Source of the DNA: a virus
Taxonomy: Duplodnaviria; Caudoviricetes
Reading direction: 5' to 3' (one strand)
DNA: 29,942 bases
IMG/VR virus record: IMGVR_UViG_3300033402_000046
Span: 1-29,942 of that record
The position numbers were made by a program, and so were the translations under genes. Positions 1-9,108 of this stretch are shown piece by piece. The notes beneath the pieces are model-generated. The model was not told the DNA's origin, searched no databases, and saw only the letters and a program-made list of their open reading frames with translations. Position 1 is the stretch's first letter, and the number at the start of each line of letters is the position of its first letter.

Positions 1-316
1 GACTCGTTTTCTACAAAGCCGAAACCAAAACAAAAATCAGCAACCAAGTCTCACCTTTCGCAAAAAACCTCCTAACCTCAGGATACGTCATATCACTCTT
101 CACACTTACGAATAATATAACTACAATCGCTAGAGTAGCCTGAGCACCTAATCGGAAAATCTATTGCCACGGTATACGCTAGCATAATTTTTACAACCAT
201 CGCTGCTACGGTCATTTTTGGAGGAAAAAATTTTGGGGGGAGCTTTTGCCTTAGTTTGTATCGATGATGCATATTTGGATGCTAAAGCTTTGAGTGTCAT
301 CTTGCTTTTGGTTTAG

Positions 317-778
317 TTAGGGGTTTGTGCCGCCGATGTTTATGTTGACGCTGAAGCTTGTGATGTCAACTGTGCTTGAGGATACGGTTAGCGTTAGGAT
401 TGCGGCTACTGATGCTCCGGGCTGGAGGTCTGTGCTTTGCTGATTCCACGTTATGGTTATTGGCCCATTCGCACTTGTTGGGTTCCAGCTGCTTGTCGTC
501 ATGTTCAGTGTTAGTGAGAGGCCGGTGCTGGTGTTTTTGACGTAGATTGTTTGAGTGGTGGTTCCTCCTATGGTTAAGGTTCCCCAGTTTATGGAACTCA
601 GGGAAGTGGTGCATCCGCTGTTAGAGTACACGCCTAAACCTGCTGACGTAGTAAGTGTACCGGCGGAAGACATGGTTGTTGATGTGGTGATGGCTGCAAA
701 AGAGATAAGTGTTAAGGCTATTCCGATTGTGATTAATGCTACTACTGCGGTTGTTATTGAGATTTTTCGTTTTTCCAT
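317..778 (-). CDS. Secreted/membrane-anchored Thr/Ser-rich protein (pilin/surface-protein-like), probably host
   Basis: ORF 317..868; likelier start MEKRKISITTAVVALITIGIAL at 778 (basic N-terminus plus hydrophobic helix), followed by a beta-rich Thr/Ser domain. Confidence 0.6.
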   Translation of the reverse strand: MEKRKISITTAVVALITIGIALTLISFAAITTSTTMSSAGTLTTSAGLGVYSNSGCTTSLSSINWGTLTIGGTTTQTIYVKNTSTGLSLTLNMTTSSWNPTSANGPITITWNQQSTDLQPGASVAAILTLTVSSSTVDITSFSVNINIGGTNP

Positions 779-1150
779 GAGATTTGCCCCGCAAAACCTT
801 GTGTAGTAAGTCTTAATAAACATTATTGTGCACTTGAACAACACAGATACTGAACAACACAAACGCAAATCCAGTAATTCAATCCCAAAAACACAAAACG
901 CACACTATTCATACTGAGGATTCGGAGGTTTTCTTGCTAACTTTTCTTGTAAGAAGAGAAAAAATTGTATTAGTTGAGTTTTTGGGGCGTGGAAAACATA
1001 AAATACTATACTATTTTTTAATTCTTTAGATAACATCTGTAGCCCTTTGTTAAATCGATAACAGCTCTAATTTTTTGTTCAGGTTGTTTTAGGTTGCTTT
1101 TTTGAAGCAAAGCTTAAATTGTTTGCTGGCTGCGTACAAGAAAGCACACA

Positions 1151-1196
1151 AAAGTACAAGGAAGTACGAGGAAGTACAAGGAAGTACGAGGAAGTA
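1151..1196 (+). repeat. Tandem 10-bp repeat (G/A)AAGTAC(A/G)AG, about 4.6 copies
   Basis: aaagtacaag gaagtacgag gaagtacaag gaagtacgag gaagta. Confidence 0.9.
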
Positions 1197-1232
1197 TTTT
1201 CGCGTCTCCCTCAGTGTACTAAAAAGGAGAAA

Positions 1233-1520
1233 ATGTTTAGGTTGCCGTTAACTCAAAGAGTTAGTTTCAAAACGGTGTTGCAGAAGCAGAGTCGCCTGCA
1301 GGTTCCTAAGCTGGTACGATGGGAGTATAAGCTGGAGTCGTTTGAGGTCTTAAAAGTCACCGTGACCATTGTCGGTTTGTTAGGCGTTAGAGAGAGTTTT
1401 TTAGCCAAGATGCAAAAAAGTGGGCGGATACGTATCCCAGATTTGACAATGGCTTTGTTGAAGCGGGATCAGCCAAGCCTTGAAGGGTACGTTATGGAAG
1501 TTACCCTTGAACCAGCATAA
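1233..1520 (+). CDS. AbrB/SpoVT-like DNA-binding protein (tandem swapped-hairpin)
   Basis: ATG at 1233 after AAGGAG; two similar motifs, LQKQSRLQVPKLVR and MQKSGRIRIPDL. Confidence 0.6.
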   Translation: MFRLPLTQRVSFKTVLQKQSRLQVPKLVRWEYKLESFEVLKVTVTIVGLLGVRESFLAKMQKSGRIRIPDLTMALLKRDQPSLEGYVMEVTLEPA

Positions 1521-1714
1521 CAATAGAATCAATAAACGATAAACATCAAGCTTTTGACGGAAAAAGTTCACCCGCACCTTGCGTTGGGATTTGCAACTGC
1601 TCTCGGACTTGCTATTTTGATTTTTCCTTTCGTCTGCTTTTTTAACAATCCGCAGCAGTGCTTATTACATTGTAAACATATATGATTCATAAGCGATAGG
1701 GAGGATGCTGAAGT

Positions 1715-1891
1715 ATGGGGATAGAGGAAAAACGCAAAGACGAATATACAACGATTCGACTTCCAAAAGAACTTATGGATGAAGTAAGAAAGTTGGTAGG
1801 CGTCCGGGGCTTCAGAAGTTCATCGGAAGTCGTTAAACAAGCCCTGCGGGAATACTTAGATGAATGTTACCGAAGAGGCATCATTCAATAG
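1715..1891 (+). CDS. Ribbon-helix-helix (CopG/Arc-like) regulator, 58 aa; absent from the ORF track
   Basis: Translated by hand: MGIEEKRKDEYTTIRLPKELMDEVRKLVGVRGFRSSSEVVKQALREYLDECYRRGIIQ; GGAGG upstream. Confidence 0.85.
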   Translation: MGIEEKRKDEYTTIRLPKELMDEVRKLVGVRGFRSSSEVVKQALREYLDECYRRGIIQ

Positions 1892-2020
1892 AAAGAAAAA
1901 TTTTTGGTATTGGCCTTTTAGCAGAAATATTTTACTTTTACTCACCCCTCCACTGCTGTGGAGTGTAGTTTGTTCACTTACCTTTTAAACGGTTTAGACG
2001 ATATGCAGGAGCCCAAGTGA

Positions 2021-2269
2021 ATGCGTATGAAAAAAACAGTAGTAATAGCCACAGAGGAAGACCTTTTGGTGGATTTGACTTTTCATAATCTGCCTGCTTC
2101 GCTCCTTGCCGAGTTTGCACAAAAAATCGTCAGACCTTACTTCAATGGCAACTTGAACGTTGCCGTCCAAGACTTAATCCGCAAAGCACTCATTGAACAA
2201 GACTTCGTCCTTTCTCACATTACGCATGTTAGGAATTCTGTGGCCAACAAAGAAAAAGGCGGAAATTGA
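2021..2269 (+). CDS. Small hypothetical protein, possibly RHH-like
   Basis: 82-aa ORF with strand-helix-helix pattern (LTFHNLPASLLAEF...LNVAVQDLIRKAL). Confidence 0.55.
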   Translation: MRMKKTVVIATEEDLLVDLTFHNLPASLLAEFAQKIVRPYFNGNLNVAVQDLIRKALIEQDFVLSHITHVRNSVANKEKGGN

Positions 2270-2315
2270 AAACAAGCTAAACGAAGTATTCTGGCAAAAA
2301 AGTGAGGTGAACAGC

Positions 2316-2603
2316 TTGGTTAAGCTGAAACTCGAAAAGGTAGTGACCGATAATCCAGCAGAGGGAAAATACCCTGAAATAGTTCGCACCCGCTTTGGCG
2401 GTTACCGGCTGCTGTTCCCAAAGCAACTAACTCAAGAGCTTAAGCTCTATGTGGGTAAAGACTTTGACATGGATATTGTGAAAGACGGCGAAGCTCTAAG
2501 AGTGATTCTTACTTATTACAAACATGCCAAACCTAAAAGCAGAGTCGTATCAAGTCTTCTCCGCAAACTAAACAACCTCAGAATAATATTTCAAAGGGTA
2601 TGA
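2316..2603 (+). CDS. AbrB-like small protein
   Basis: GAGGTGA precedes TTG at 2316 within ORF 2193..2603; YRLLFPKQLTQELKLYVGKDFDMDI; resembles the next gene. Confidence 0.55.
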   Translation: MVKLKLEKVVTDNPAEGKYPEIVRTRFGGYRLLFPKQLTQELKLYVGKDFDMDIVKDGEALRVILTYYKHAKPKSRVVSSLLRKLNNLRIIFQRV

Positions 2604-2619
2604 TAAGGCGAATCGTGCC

Positions 2620-2841
2620 ATGGTGAAAATTCAACGCCGAAAATGCAAGAAACCCTACCTTCATGGCAAGCGCATATATGAGTATGAACGCGACCTTCTA
2701 GAGCTTCCAAGTAGGTTTCGGCCAACAGTTCGCCCCTTTTTTGATAACGACTTTCAGGTAAACGTCATATCGCAAGATGGCTCGCTTAGAATAATTTATT
2801 CAACTCTAAAAACTAAGGCAGCCCACTCTTTGCCAGGTTAA
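2620..2841 (+). CDS. Small basic AbrB-like protein
   Basis: MVKIQRRK...YEYERDLLELPSRF...DFQVNVISQDGSLRII, parallel to the previous ORF. Confidence 0.55.
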   Translation: MVKIQRRKCKKPYLHGKRIYEYERDLLELPSRFRPTVRPFFDNDFQVNVISQDGSLRIIYSTLKTKAAHSLPG

Positions 2842-2923
2842 TAGTATGAACAAACTTCTCGCGCAAAAATCACATCCTAACTCGCTTCTTCATTTTCATT
2901 TAGAAAATGTGATGGGAAAAACA

Positions 2924-3070
2924 TTTACGCATGCCGAAATCTATCCCTGTAAAATTGGCTGAAAACCAAGCTAAAGCCCTAACTACTTCCCAATTTTACA
3001 TGTAACTAGCAATTTTAGTATATAAAGGCGGCTTTTCAAATTTTGCCCAAGGCATTTCTGCATGCAGAAA
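2924..3070. promoter_or_regulatory. Two related 16-bp palindromes flanking a TATA-like box
   Basis: TTTCTGCATGCAGAAA (3055-3070, perfect) and TTTACGCATGCCGAAA (2924-2939); TATATAAA near 3019-3026. Confidence 0.5.
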
Positions 3071-3173
3071 CGTTTTGCCTGAGACAAAACTGCTGAAAAA
3101 GCATGGATTAATGTGATAAGCAGTTCCAGCCCCTTCTTTCTTCCTTCCAAAGCTTGAGGGAGAGCAGAAAACT

Positions 3174-3551
3174 TTGGCGCGGAAGAAGGGCAAAGGCACA
3201 AGGCTTGAAGTGTTTAGTGGTAAACAGGAGAGCCTAAACCGAGTTATATGCCAGGTTCTTGAATGGAAGAGTCCTCTCATCGTTTACGATGTTTGGCGCC
3301 AACTCAAAGCAATCAAAGGTTTCAGGTACATCGATTCTAAGACGGCTTATAGGCGTATGGAAGCATTAGACCAAGAGGGCTGGATCGATCAGAAAGGAAC
3401 AAGACAGGGAAAAAGAGGCGGGGATAAAATACTCTACGAGTTGACACTCAAAGGAAAAGCAGCTCTTCGGCTAGATGAAAAAAGCTTAGAAGAATTTCTA
3501 CGCACAGCCACGGACGAGCAACTACTCAAGTTCATCGACTCATTTTCATAG
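3174..3551 (+). CDS. Winged helix-turn-helix transcription regulator (PadR/MarR-like)
   Basis: YRRMEALDQEGWI...KILYELTLKGKAAL is a typical wHTH recognition helix and wing. Confidence 0.8.
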   Translation: MARKKGKGTRLEVFSGKQESLNRVICQVLEWKSPLIVYDVWRQLKAIKGFRYIDSKTAYRRMEALDQEGWIDQKGTRQGKRGGDKILYELTLKGKAALRLDEKSLEEFLRTATDEQLLKFIDSFS

Positions 3552-3907
3552 CTCAGGATATAGCAAATACTTTAAGTTCAAATTCAGATCATTCTCATAT
3601 ATTAATTTAATGCCTCTGCCGATCAGGTTTGCAACCGTTTCCAAATTCCGTTGGAAAGCCTATTCATCAAGCTTACACCTGATTAACCACTCTTTGATCT
3701 CTGGGAGACAGCAAAATTTAGATTTGGGGGATATGTCCGATTTTGGACACTTGGCTTTGCAAGCCTCAAAAAGCCAAGTTGGCTTTTCAGTGATAGATGC
3801 TTTTTATTTTTGGTCTGCAAGACCTTAATGAAACGTAGGCAAGCGCTTTTTGTTAAAGCGCCCTTCACTTTCACCTCGCCGCCTTCGAGTGGCCTTTAGG
3901 GGATCTT

Positions 3908-4171
3908 ATGCACAAGAGAAACGCTGAGAAATTACAGTCTGTAAAGATACAGAAAATTATACTTCACAATAGCTTCCACGATAAGAAATTAGCTGAAGTG
4001 ATTTCTAGAATGACACGTTTAGAGGTGATTGGGCAGTTGAAAGAGCCTATTGAAGTTCATCTTGTGCCAGATGTGGAAAAGGGCGAAGTGTTACTTGATT
4101 TGCGAGGAAGGGGCAGTTTGCAACGGGAAAATGATTCTGCACAAAATAGCAGGTTAGGCTGTATTGAGTAA
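3908..4171 (+). CDS. Hypothetical protein
   Basis: 87-aa ORF only; co-oriented with the operon. Confidence 0.35.
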   Translation: MHKRNAEKLQSVKIQKIILHNSFHDKKLAEVISRMTRLEVIGQLKEPIEVHLVPDVEKGEVLLDLRGRGSLQRENDSAQNSRLGCIE

Positions 4172-4194
4172 TCGCAGAATAAACAAAAAATAAG

Positions 4195-4656
4195 ATGATT
4201 ATAACTATGAGGCGTAATCCAGGTTCCATTGTTCTAGTTGAAAGGCGTATTTTTGATCTTCGACAAACAGCTAGACAAACGGTTAAGACTAATGTAGATA
4301 CGCAACTTCTTAGAAATACATGGATTGAGAAACTCGATGATTTGTTTTCTATGGCTACCTCGATGGCAAAGGGTGGCAGTAAACCACAACAAGTTGGCGA
4401 TAAGCCAGAGATTATAGCTCCTAAAGAGCGGCAGCTGTGGGCTCATGTAGCTGCTCATACAGCGGAAGTTATGGGTAACTTGGCAAGGGGGTTTGATGAG
4501 CGGCAGTTTAATGAGGATTTAGCTGAATTGGAACGGTTGGTAGATGAGATCAAAAAGCTTCAAGCTCAAAGAGCTGAGAAAGGAGATCGACCAGCAGAAA
4601 GCAAACCTGCCGACAAATGCAGTGAAACAGGTATCGAAAGCGGTAGCGATCTCTGA
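4195..4656 (+). CDS. Putative terminase small subunit
   Basis: Helical 153-aa protein directly upstream of and overlapping the large subunit; positional inference. Confidence 0.5.
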   Translation: MIITMRRNPGSIVLVERRIFDLRQTARQTVKTNVDTQLLRNTWIEKLDDLFSMATSMAKGGSKPQQVGDKPEIIAPKERQLWAHVAAHTAEVMGNLARGFDERQFNEDLAELERLVDEIKKLQAQRAEKGDRPAESKPADKCSETGIESGSDL

Positions 4657-5953
4657 GGATCCTGTTGTTTTTGCTCGGGATTTCTTTGGCTTTGATGCAA
4701 AGGAGTATCAGGCTGGGCTTCTTCGTGACATGAGTAAGCGTATTGTGGTTCGTTGGAGCCGGCAAGCTGGAAAAACCACGTGCATTGCGTTGAGGGCAAT
4801 CTGGTTTGCATGCATGCACCCGAAGACTTTGACCTTGATTGTGGCTCCTACTCTGCGCCAGAGCATGATTATGGCGGATCGCATTCAAGATTTTCTTGCA
4901 GGCTTGCCGAAAGATAAGAGATCGGAGCTTGTTGAGAAGTTTCAGCGCACAATAGTCCGTTTTCGGAATGGCAGCCGCATAGTTGCTTTGCCTAATAGTC
5001 CGCAGTTGCTTCGTGGCTATACGGCAGCTCAGGTTATCACTGATGAATCAGGATTCTTCAAGGATGATAGGCTCGTTTTTTATAACGTGCTTTATCCTAT
5101 GCTGTCAACAACAGATGGTACATTAATCGCAAGCAGCACACCTTGGAGTAAAGATAGCGTTTTCTTCCGTATGTGCCAAGCGCCAGAATTCAGTAAGCAT
5201 ACCATAACATGCGAGGATGTTATCCAGAGTGGTTTGGTTAAGCAGAGTTTTATTGATGAGATGCGAAGTCAGTTGCCGTTTGAGCGTTTTCAGCGAGAGT
5301 TCATGTCTGAATTCGTAGAAGACATTGATGCATGGCTAACGCAGAGCCTTATCGTCAGCTGTATTGACAGTCAACTATTGTCTTACGATTTTCAAGCTCA
5401 GCCGCAAGGCAATTTTTATATGGGTGTTGATTTTGGCAAGGAACAAGACTTCAGCGTTGTGCTATTGATCGAGAAGCAAAGTTCTATGCTGCGGGTAGTT
5501 CATGTCCATCGTTTCCCATTACATTCGGAATACGCTTCAGTTATAGGTTATATCAAGAGCCTGCAAGATCGGTGGAAAGTAATCCGCGCAATATATTCTG
5601 ACGTCACGGGAGTTGGAAATTACATTGTTGAGGATATGGTTCGTAGTGGGATCCAAGGCGTAACTGGAATAACCTTCACAGTTAAGTCTAAAGAGGAGAT
5701 GGCGACGATTCTGAGGGAAAAGATGCGCAGTGGCGAAGTAAAGATTCCCTATGTTCCGACAAGAAAGCTGGATGATATTGATCTAACGGCTGAATTGAAC
5801 ATTGAAAAGTTTGAGCTTATGAAGACTGGGCACTTGCGCTTTAGTCATCCTGAAGGTGGCCATGATGACGTGTTTTGGAGTATTGCACTCGGTGTTTATG
5901 GTGCTGTCCAGTCACCGTTGCCTGGTAGGGGGGCGGTTATGCTTCCGCATTAA
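4544..5953 (+). CDS. terL: Terminase large subunit
   Basis: Walker A SRQAGKTT, Walker B VITDES, motif III SSTP, nuclease GVDFG and HDDVFWSIAL. Confidence 0.95.
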   Translation: MRSKSFKLKELRKEIDQQKANLPTNAVKQVSKAVAISEDPVVFARDFFGFDAKEYQAGLLRDMSKRIVVRWSRQAGKTTCIALRAIWFACMHPKTLTLIVAPTLRQSMIMADRIQDFLAGLPKDKRSELVEKFQRTIVRFRNGSRIVALPNSPQLLRGYTAAQVITDESGFFKDDRLVFYNVLYPMLSTTDGTLIASSTPWSKDSVFFRMCQAPEFSKHTITCEDVIQSGLVKQSFIDEMRSQLPFERFQREFMSEFVEDIDAWLTQSLIVSCIDSQLLSYDFQAQPQGNFYMGVDFGKEQDFSVVLLIEKQSSMLRVVHVHRFPLHSEYASVIGYIKSLQDRWKVIRAIYSDVTGVGNYIVEDMVRSGIQGVTGITFTVKSKEEMATILREKMRSGEVKIPYVPTRKLDDIDLTAELNIEKFELMKTGHLRFSHPEGGHDDVFWSIALGVYGAVQSPLPGRGAVMLPH

Positions 5954-5975
5954 TCAAAATTGGAGGCGAGAATAG

Positions 5976-6125
5976 ATGAAATTGTTAGAAAATCAATGTA
6001 AGAAATGGAATGATCGATTGGCTGCTTTGCCTGAGTGGATGCAGGAGATTTTCCTTGAGGATCTATCCGATACTATTGAGAATAGATTTGTGGTCTTTGA
6101 GGCTCTTGCCAAAAAAGCAAAGTGA
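5976..6125 (+). CDS. Small hypothetical protein, 49 aa; absent from the ORF track
   Basis: GGAGG RBS; MKLLENQCKKWNDRLAALPEWMQEIFLEDLSDTIENRFVVFEALAKKAK fills the terL-portal gap. Confidence 0.7.
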   Translation: MKLLENQCKKWNDRLAALPEWMQEIFLEDLSDTIENRFVVFEALAKKAK

Positions 6126-6128
6126 TGA

Positions 6129-7520
6129 ATGATGAGTTTTACAAGTAGAATACGTAAAGGTTTTGAAGCCGCTCGAAGCAGGTTTTCAGCGCAGAGACCT
6201 GTTCCGCCACAAGTGAGCAAGCAGCAGATTAAAGATGAAATCCCCGTAACGTGGGAAAAAGACGCTAACTTGCTGGGTTACGTTAATAAGTATATGCTTA
6301 AGAGTTCAGGCGCAGGCTTCGTTGTTCCGCCTTACACCGCCTATTGGGAGCGTCTTTGGGGAGCTGTCCCGATTGAGGATCTGCCGAAGTATAAAGACCT
6401 CTACAATTTTACTCCATACATTAAGGCAGCGATCGATTGTACTGTTAACTTGTGTGTAAGTAATGGTTTTGAGTTGGAAGGCGGTGATGAAGCTGTTCGC
6501 AAGTGGCTTGCGGATTGGCTTGATGAACAGAACATTCTGGAGACGCTGCGCATAGTCGCAACGGATATGCTGGATTTCGGCAACGCTTTCTTGGAGATTT
6601 GCCGAGACGAAACCACTGGCGACGTCGCGTGGCTTAAGCCGCTTGATCCTGTACAAATGCGCGTTAGACGCAACGAGTACGGCGACGTTTTCGGTTATAT
6701 TCAGTTGTTGACTTTTCCCCCAGTGGTTTTTGAAGCCCAGGACATGGTTCATTTTCGCTGGGGCGCCAAATCGTGGTGGTACGAATTCAGCTATGGCACA
6801 AGTCTTCTTAGACCCTTGTTGAAGATTCAAGCTTTGATTAACCAGTTTGAAGATGATATGGCGATTATTGTTCATACTTATTCGAAGCCGATGCTTGTGG
6901 TGAAGGCGGGTACTCCTGAGAGGCCTTTCAGTGATACTCAGCTTCAATCGCTTATGGAGGCTTTTCGAGACCGTAGACCTGCGACGGACGTTTTTGTGCG
7001 AGGCGACGTGGCCGTTGATGTCGTCCAAAGCATGACTAAGGACGTTAATTTGCAGTGGTGGCTTGATTACCTCTACAAGCAACGTGAAGCTGTCCTGGGA
7101 GTCCCAAAAATCTTTATGTCAGAGCCTGAAGGAACAAACAAATCAACAGCTGAAGTCGTCATGCAAGAGTACGTTACACGTCTGCGGATGATGCAGGAAA
7201 TACTCAGCGATATCCTAGAGACTGATTTATTTAAGCAGCTGATCGAGCATAAGTTTGGAGTCGGCGTTGAGGTCCCTGAAATTAAGTGGAAGCCGATTTG
7301 GGATGCATCACTGCAGGATAAGGCTGCTTACTTAGTTAACTTAGTTGAAAATGGCATAGTCACAGTTACTGAAGCGCGTATGCAGCTTGGCTTTCCAGAG
7401 CTTCCTGAAGGAATGCAAACGCCGCCGGGCATGCCTGTTCCTGCTAAAAATAAGGAGAAGCAGTTGAAGCCTGAAGATATCGCTAACGCAGTTGTTGAAA
7501 AAATTGGGAAGGGTAATTAA
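6129..7520 (+). CDS. Portal protein
   Basis: Follows terL; DMLDFGNAFLEI, LKPLDP, MVHFR, YGTSLL, LGVPKIF, TVTEARMQLG are HK97-type portal motifs. Confidence 0.92.
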   Translation: MMSFTSRIRKGFEAARSRFSAQRPVPPQVSKQQIKDEIPVTWEKDANLLGYVNKYMLKSSGAGFVVPPYTAYWERLWGAVPIEDLPKYKDLYNFTPYIKAAIDCTVNLCVSNGFELEGGDEAVRKWLADWLDEQNILETLRIVATDMLDFGNAFLEICRDETTGDVAWLKPLDPVQMRVRRNEYGDVFGYIQLLTFPPVVFEAQDMVHFRWGAKSWWYEFSYGTSLLRPLLKIQALINQFEDDMAIIVHTYSKPMLVVKAGTPERPFSDTQLQSLMEAFRDRRPATDVFVRGDVAVDVVQSMTKDVNLQWWLDYLYKQREAVLGVPKIFMSEPEGTNKSTAEVVMQEYVTRLRMMQEILSDILETDLFKQLIEHKFGVGVEVPEIKWKPIWDASLQDKAAYLVNLVENGIVTVTEARMQLGFPELPEGMQTPPGMPVPAKNKEKQLKPEDIANAVVEKIGKGN

Positions 7521-7521
7521 A

Positions 7522-7833
7522 ATGCCTGGAATTGATGAAAGTGAAACTGTGTGGAGATATAGAGTTAGAGATCCCTCTGACTTTCAGGTGTTCCGCGTTA
7601 AAGAACTCGGCAAAGGCGTTAAGATAACGCTTGGGAAAATCAAGAATTCGCAGCGTTGGGAAATTCAGAATTACATGTTTGAAAAACAGGTCTTTACTAC
7701 TAAAGAACAGGTTCGTAAGTGGCTGGATCAGCATTTGAAAGGTGAGATTCAGTTACTTTTGGATTTTAAGGCTTGGAACGAATATCGGCGTCGCGTAGTC
7801 AATGCCTACGTGAAAATCTCAGAAGTTTCATAG
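7522..7833 (+). CDS. Head-module hypothetical protein
   Basis: ATG 7522 immediately after the portal stop; lies between portal and protease. Confidence 0.7.
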   Translation: MPGIDESETVWRYRVRDPSDFQVFRVKELGKGVKITLGKIKNSQRWEIQNYMFEKQVFTTKEQVRKWLDQHLKGEIQLLLDFKAWNEYRRRVVNAYVKISEVS

Positions 7834-7848
7834 TTATGGTGATTTAAG

Positions 7849-9108
7849 ATGCAGCTTCGTTATTTTGTGCCTTTTAAGGCTCAGGAAGGCGTTTCTGAAG
7901 CTTTAGCGCTGAAGGAAAAACTCATAAACATCGAGGGTATCGCTATAGATACCTCGGTTAACGCGAATAAGTGGCAGGTTCCTGAGGAAGATTTAGATGT
8001 GCTGTCTCAGTCGTTGCTAGGCGTCCAGTTGCGTATGGACCATGCTGAAAGCGTGTTGATGGTTGTTGGTAAAGTTTCCAAAACAAACCGTGTTGGCAAC
8101 CAGGTGTTTTTTACTGCTGAAGTCGGCGAAGAGAAGCTTATCGAGAAGATTCTTCGCAGCTACGTTACGCATGTGAGCATCCAAGTTGACAGTGACGATG
8201 TTGAATGTAGCATGTGCAAGAAACTGTCGCGCAGCGAAGGCCTCTTAACTCACCTGTGTCCGGGCGCGTGGGAAATCGTTCATAACCCCAAAGTGCGCGA
8301 GCTTAGTATTGTTGCAAGCCCGGCATATGAGAATACAGCTTTTAAGCCTGTGGGTTTCGGCGCCGCAATGAACCAGAATCAAAGCAACGCCGAATTGCTT
8401 AACGCAAAAAACGTTTTAGCCTCTAAAATTTGGAAAGCCCAAAAAACAGCCTATTTAGCAAATTTAGCGGACTCCATGAATTTACAGTCATTTGTTAAAA
8501 GTGATGATGAGGGTTCTAAACGAAAGTTGCAAGAACCTGAAAAGCAAAAATTGAAAGCAAAGGAAGTGAAGCAAATGTCTGAACTTAATGCTCAGAATGA
8601 TGCTTCTCCACATCAAGCAGCAGGCGTAGTAAATACGGCACAGCCAGAGAAACCAGGCAAAGACGAAAGCTACGAAGACATAATGAGCCAACTTGAAAAG
8701 CTTAGCGAAGCAGTAAAGAACTGCAGCGGAAGCGGCAATGAAATGGCTGATTTGAACAAGAAAATTGATGATTTGGCAGGTGAAACAGCGAAAAGGGCTA
8801 CTAAACGTAGTTTAAGCAAGAAAATCAGCGACTTACAGAAGCAACTGCAGCAACCAGACGACGAAGACAACGAAGACGGCGCGGAAGCTGAAGGAGCTGA
8901 AGCGGAAGGCTCAGAGGCTGAAGGCTCAAAAGCTGAAAAGAGCGAAGCATGCAAAAGTGAAGGCTCAAAAGCTGAAGGCAAAGCGCACGGTAAAGGCATC
9001 GTTGCAACTGATGAGTTGAACCGTAATGATGTTGGATCTGCGCTTGGCAATTGCGACTGGTACAAAGACTTGCTTAAGGCAGATAAGAAACTGGTAGGAA
9101 TGCAATAA
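7849..9108 (+). CDS. Prohead protease fused to acidic coiled-coil scaffolding region
   Basis: MDH...VVGKV, HVSIQ and RELSIVASPAYE protease motifs; coiled-coil and acidic C-terminus; GGTGA RBS. Confidence 0.85.
   Translation: MQLRYFVPFKAQEGVSEALALKEKLINIEGIAIDTSVNANKWQVPEEDLDVLSQSLLGVQLRMDHAESVLMVVGKVSKTNRVGNQVFFTAEVGEEKLIEKILRSYVTHVSIQVDSDDVECSMCKKLSRSEGLLTHLCPGAWEIVHNPKVRELSIVASPAYENTAFKPVGFGAAMNQNQSNAELLNAKNVLASKIWKAQKTAYLANLADSMNLQSFVKSDDEGSKRKLQEPEKQKLKAKEVKQMSELNAQNDASPHQAAGVVNTAQPEKPGKDESYEDIMSQLEKLSEAVKNCSGSGNEMADLNKKIDDLAGETAKRATKRSLSKKISDLQKQLQQPDDEDNEDGAEAEGAEAEGSEAEGSKAEKSEACKSEGSKAEGKAHGKGIVATDELNRNDVGSALGNCDWYKDLLKADKKLVGMQ

Noticed and set aside
1151-1196. Possible CRISPR array
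   Set aside because: 10-bp units without spacers; no cas genes in the window.
1603-1619. TCGGACTTGCTATTTTG resembles the tRNA 3' end (TCGGGCTTGCCAGTTTTG), a possible att site
   Set aside because: Short, with mismatches and a gap, and on the wrong side for 3'-end tRNA integration.
6306-7082. 258-aa minus-strand ORF and other antisense ORFs (e.g. 4550-4888, 8670-9065, 10184-10513, 24647-25126)
   Set aside because: They shadow well-supported + strand genes and show no recognisable motifs.
8388-8470. Hairpin in the protease-scaffold linker as a possible fourth, in-frame intron
   Set aside because: Pairing is imperfect, I could not build a 3-4-3 BHB, and the frame is uninterrupted. A systematic BHB scan of all genes is still worthwhile.
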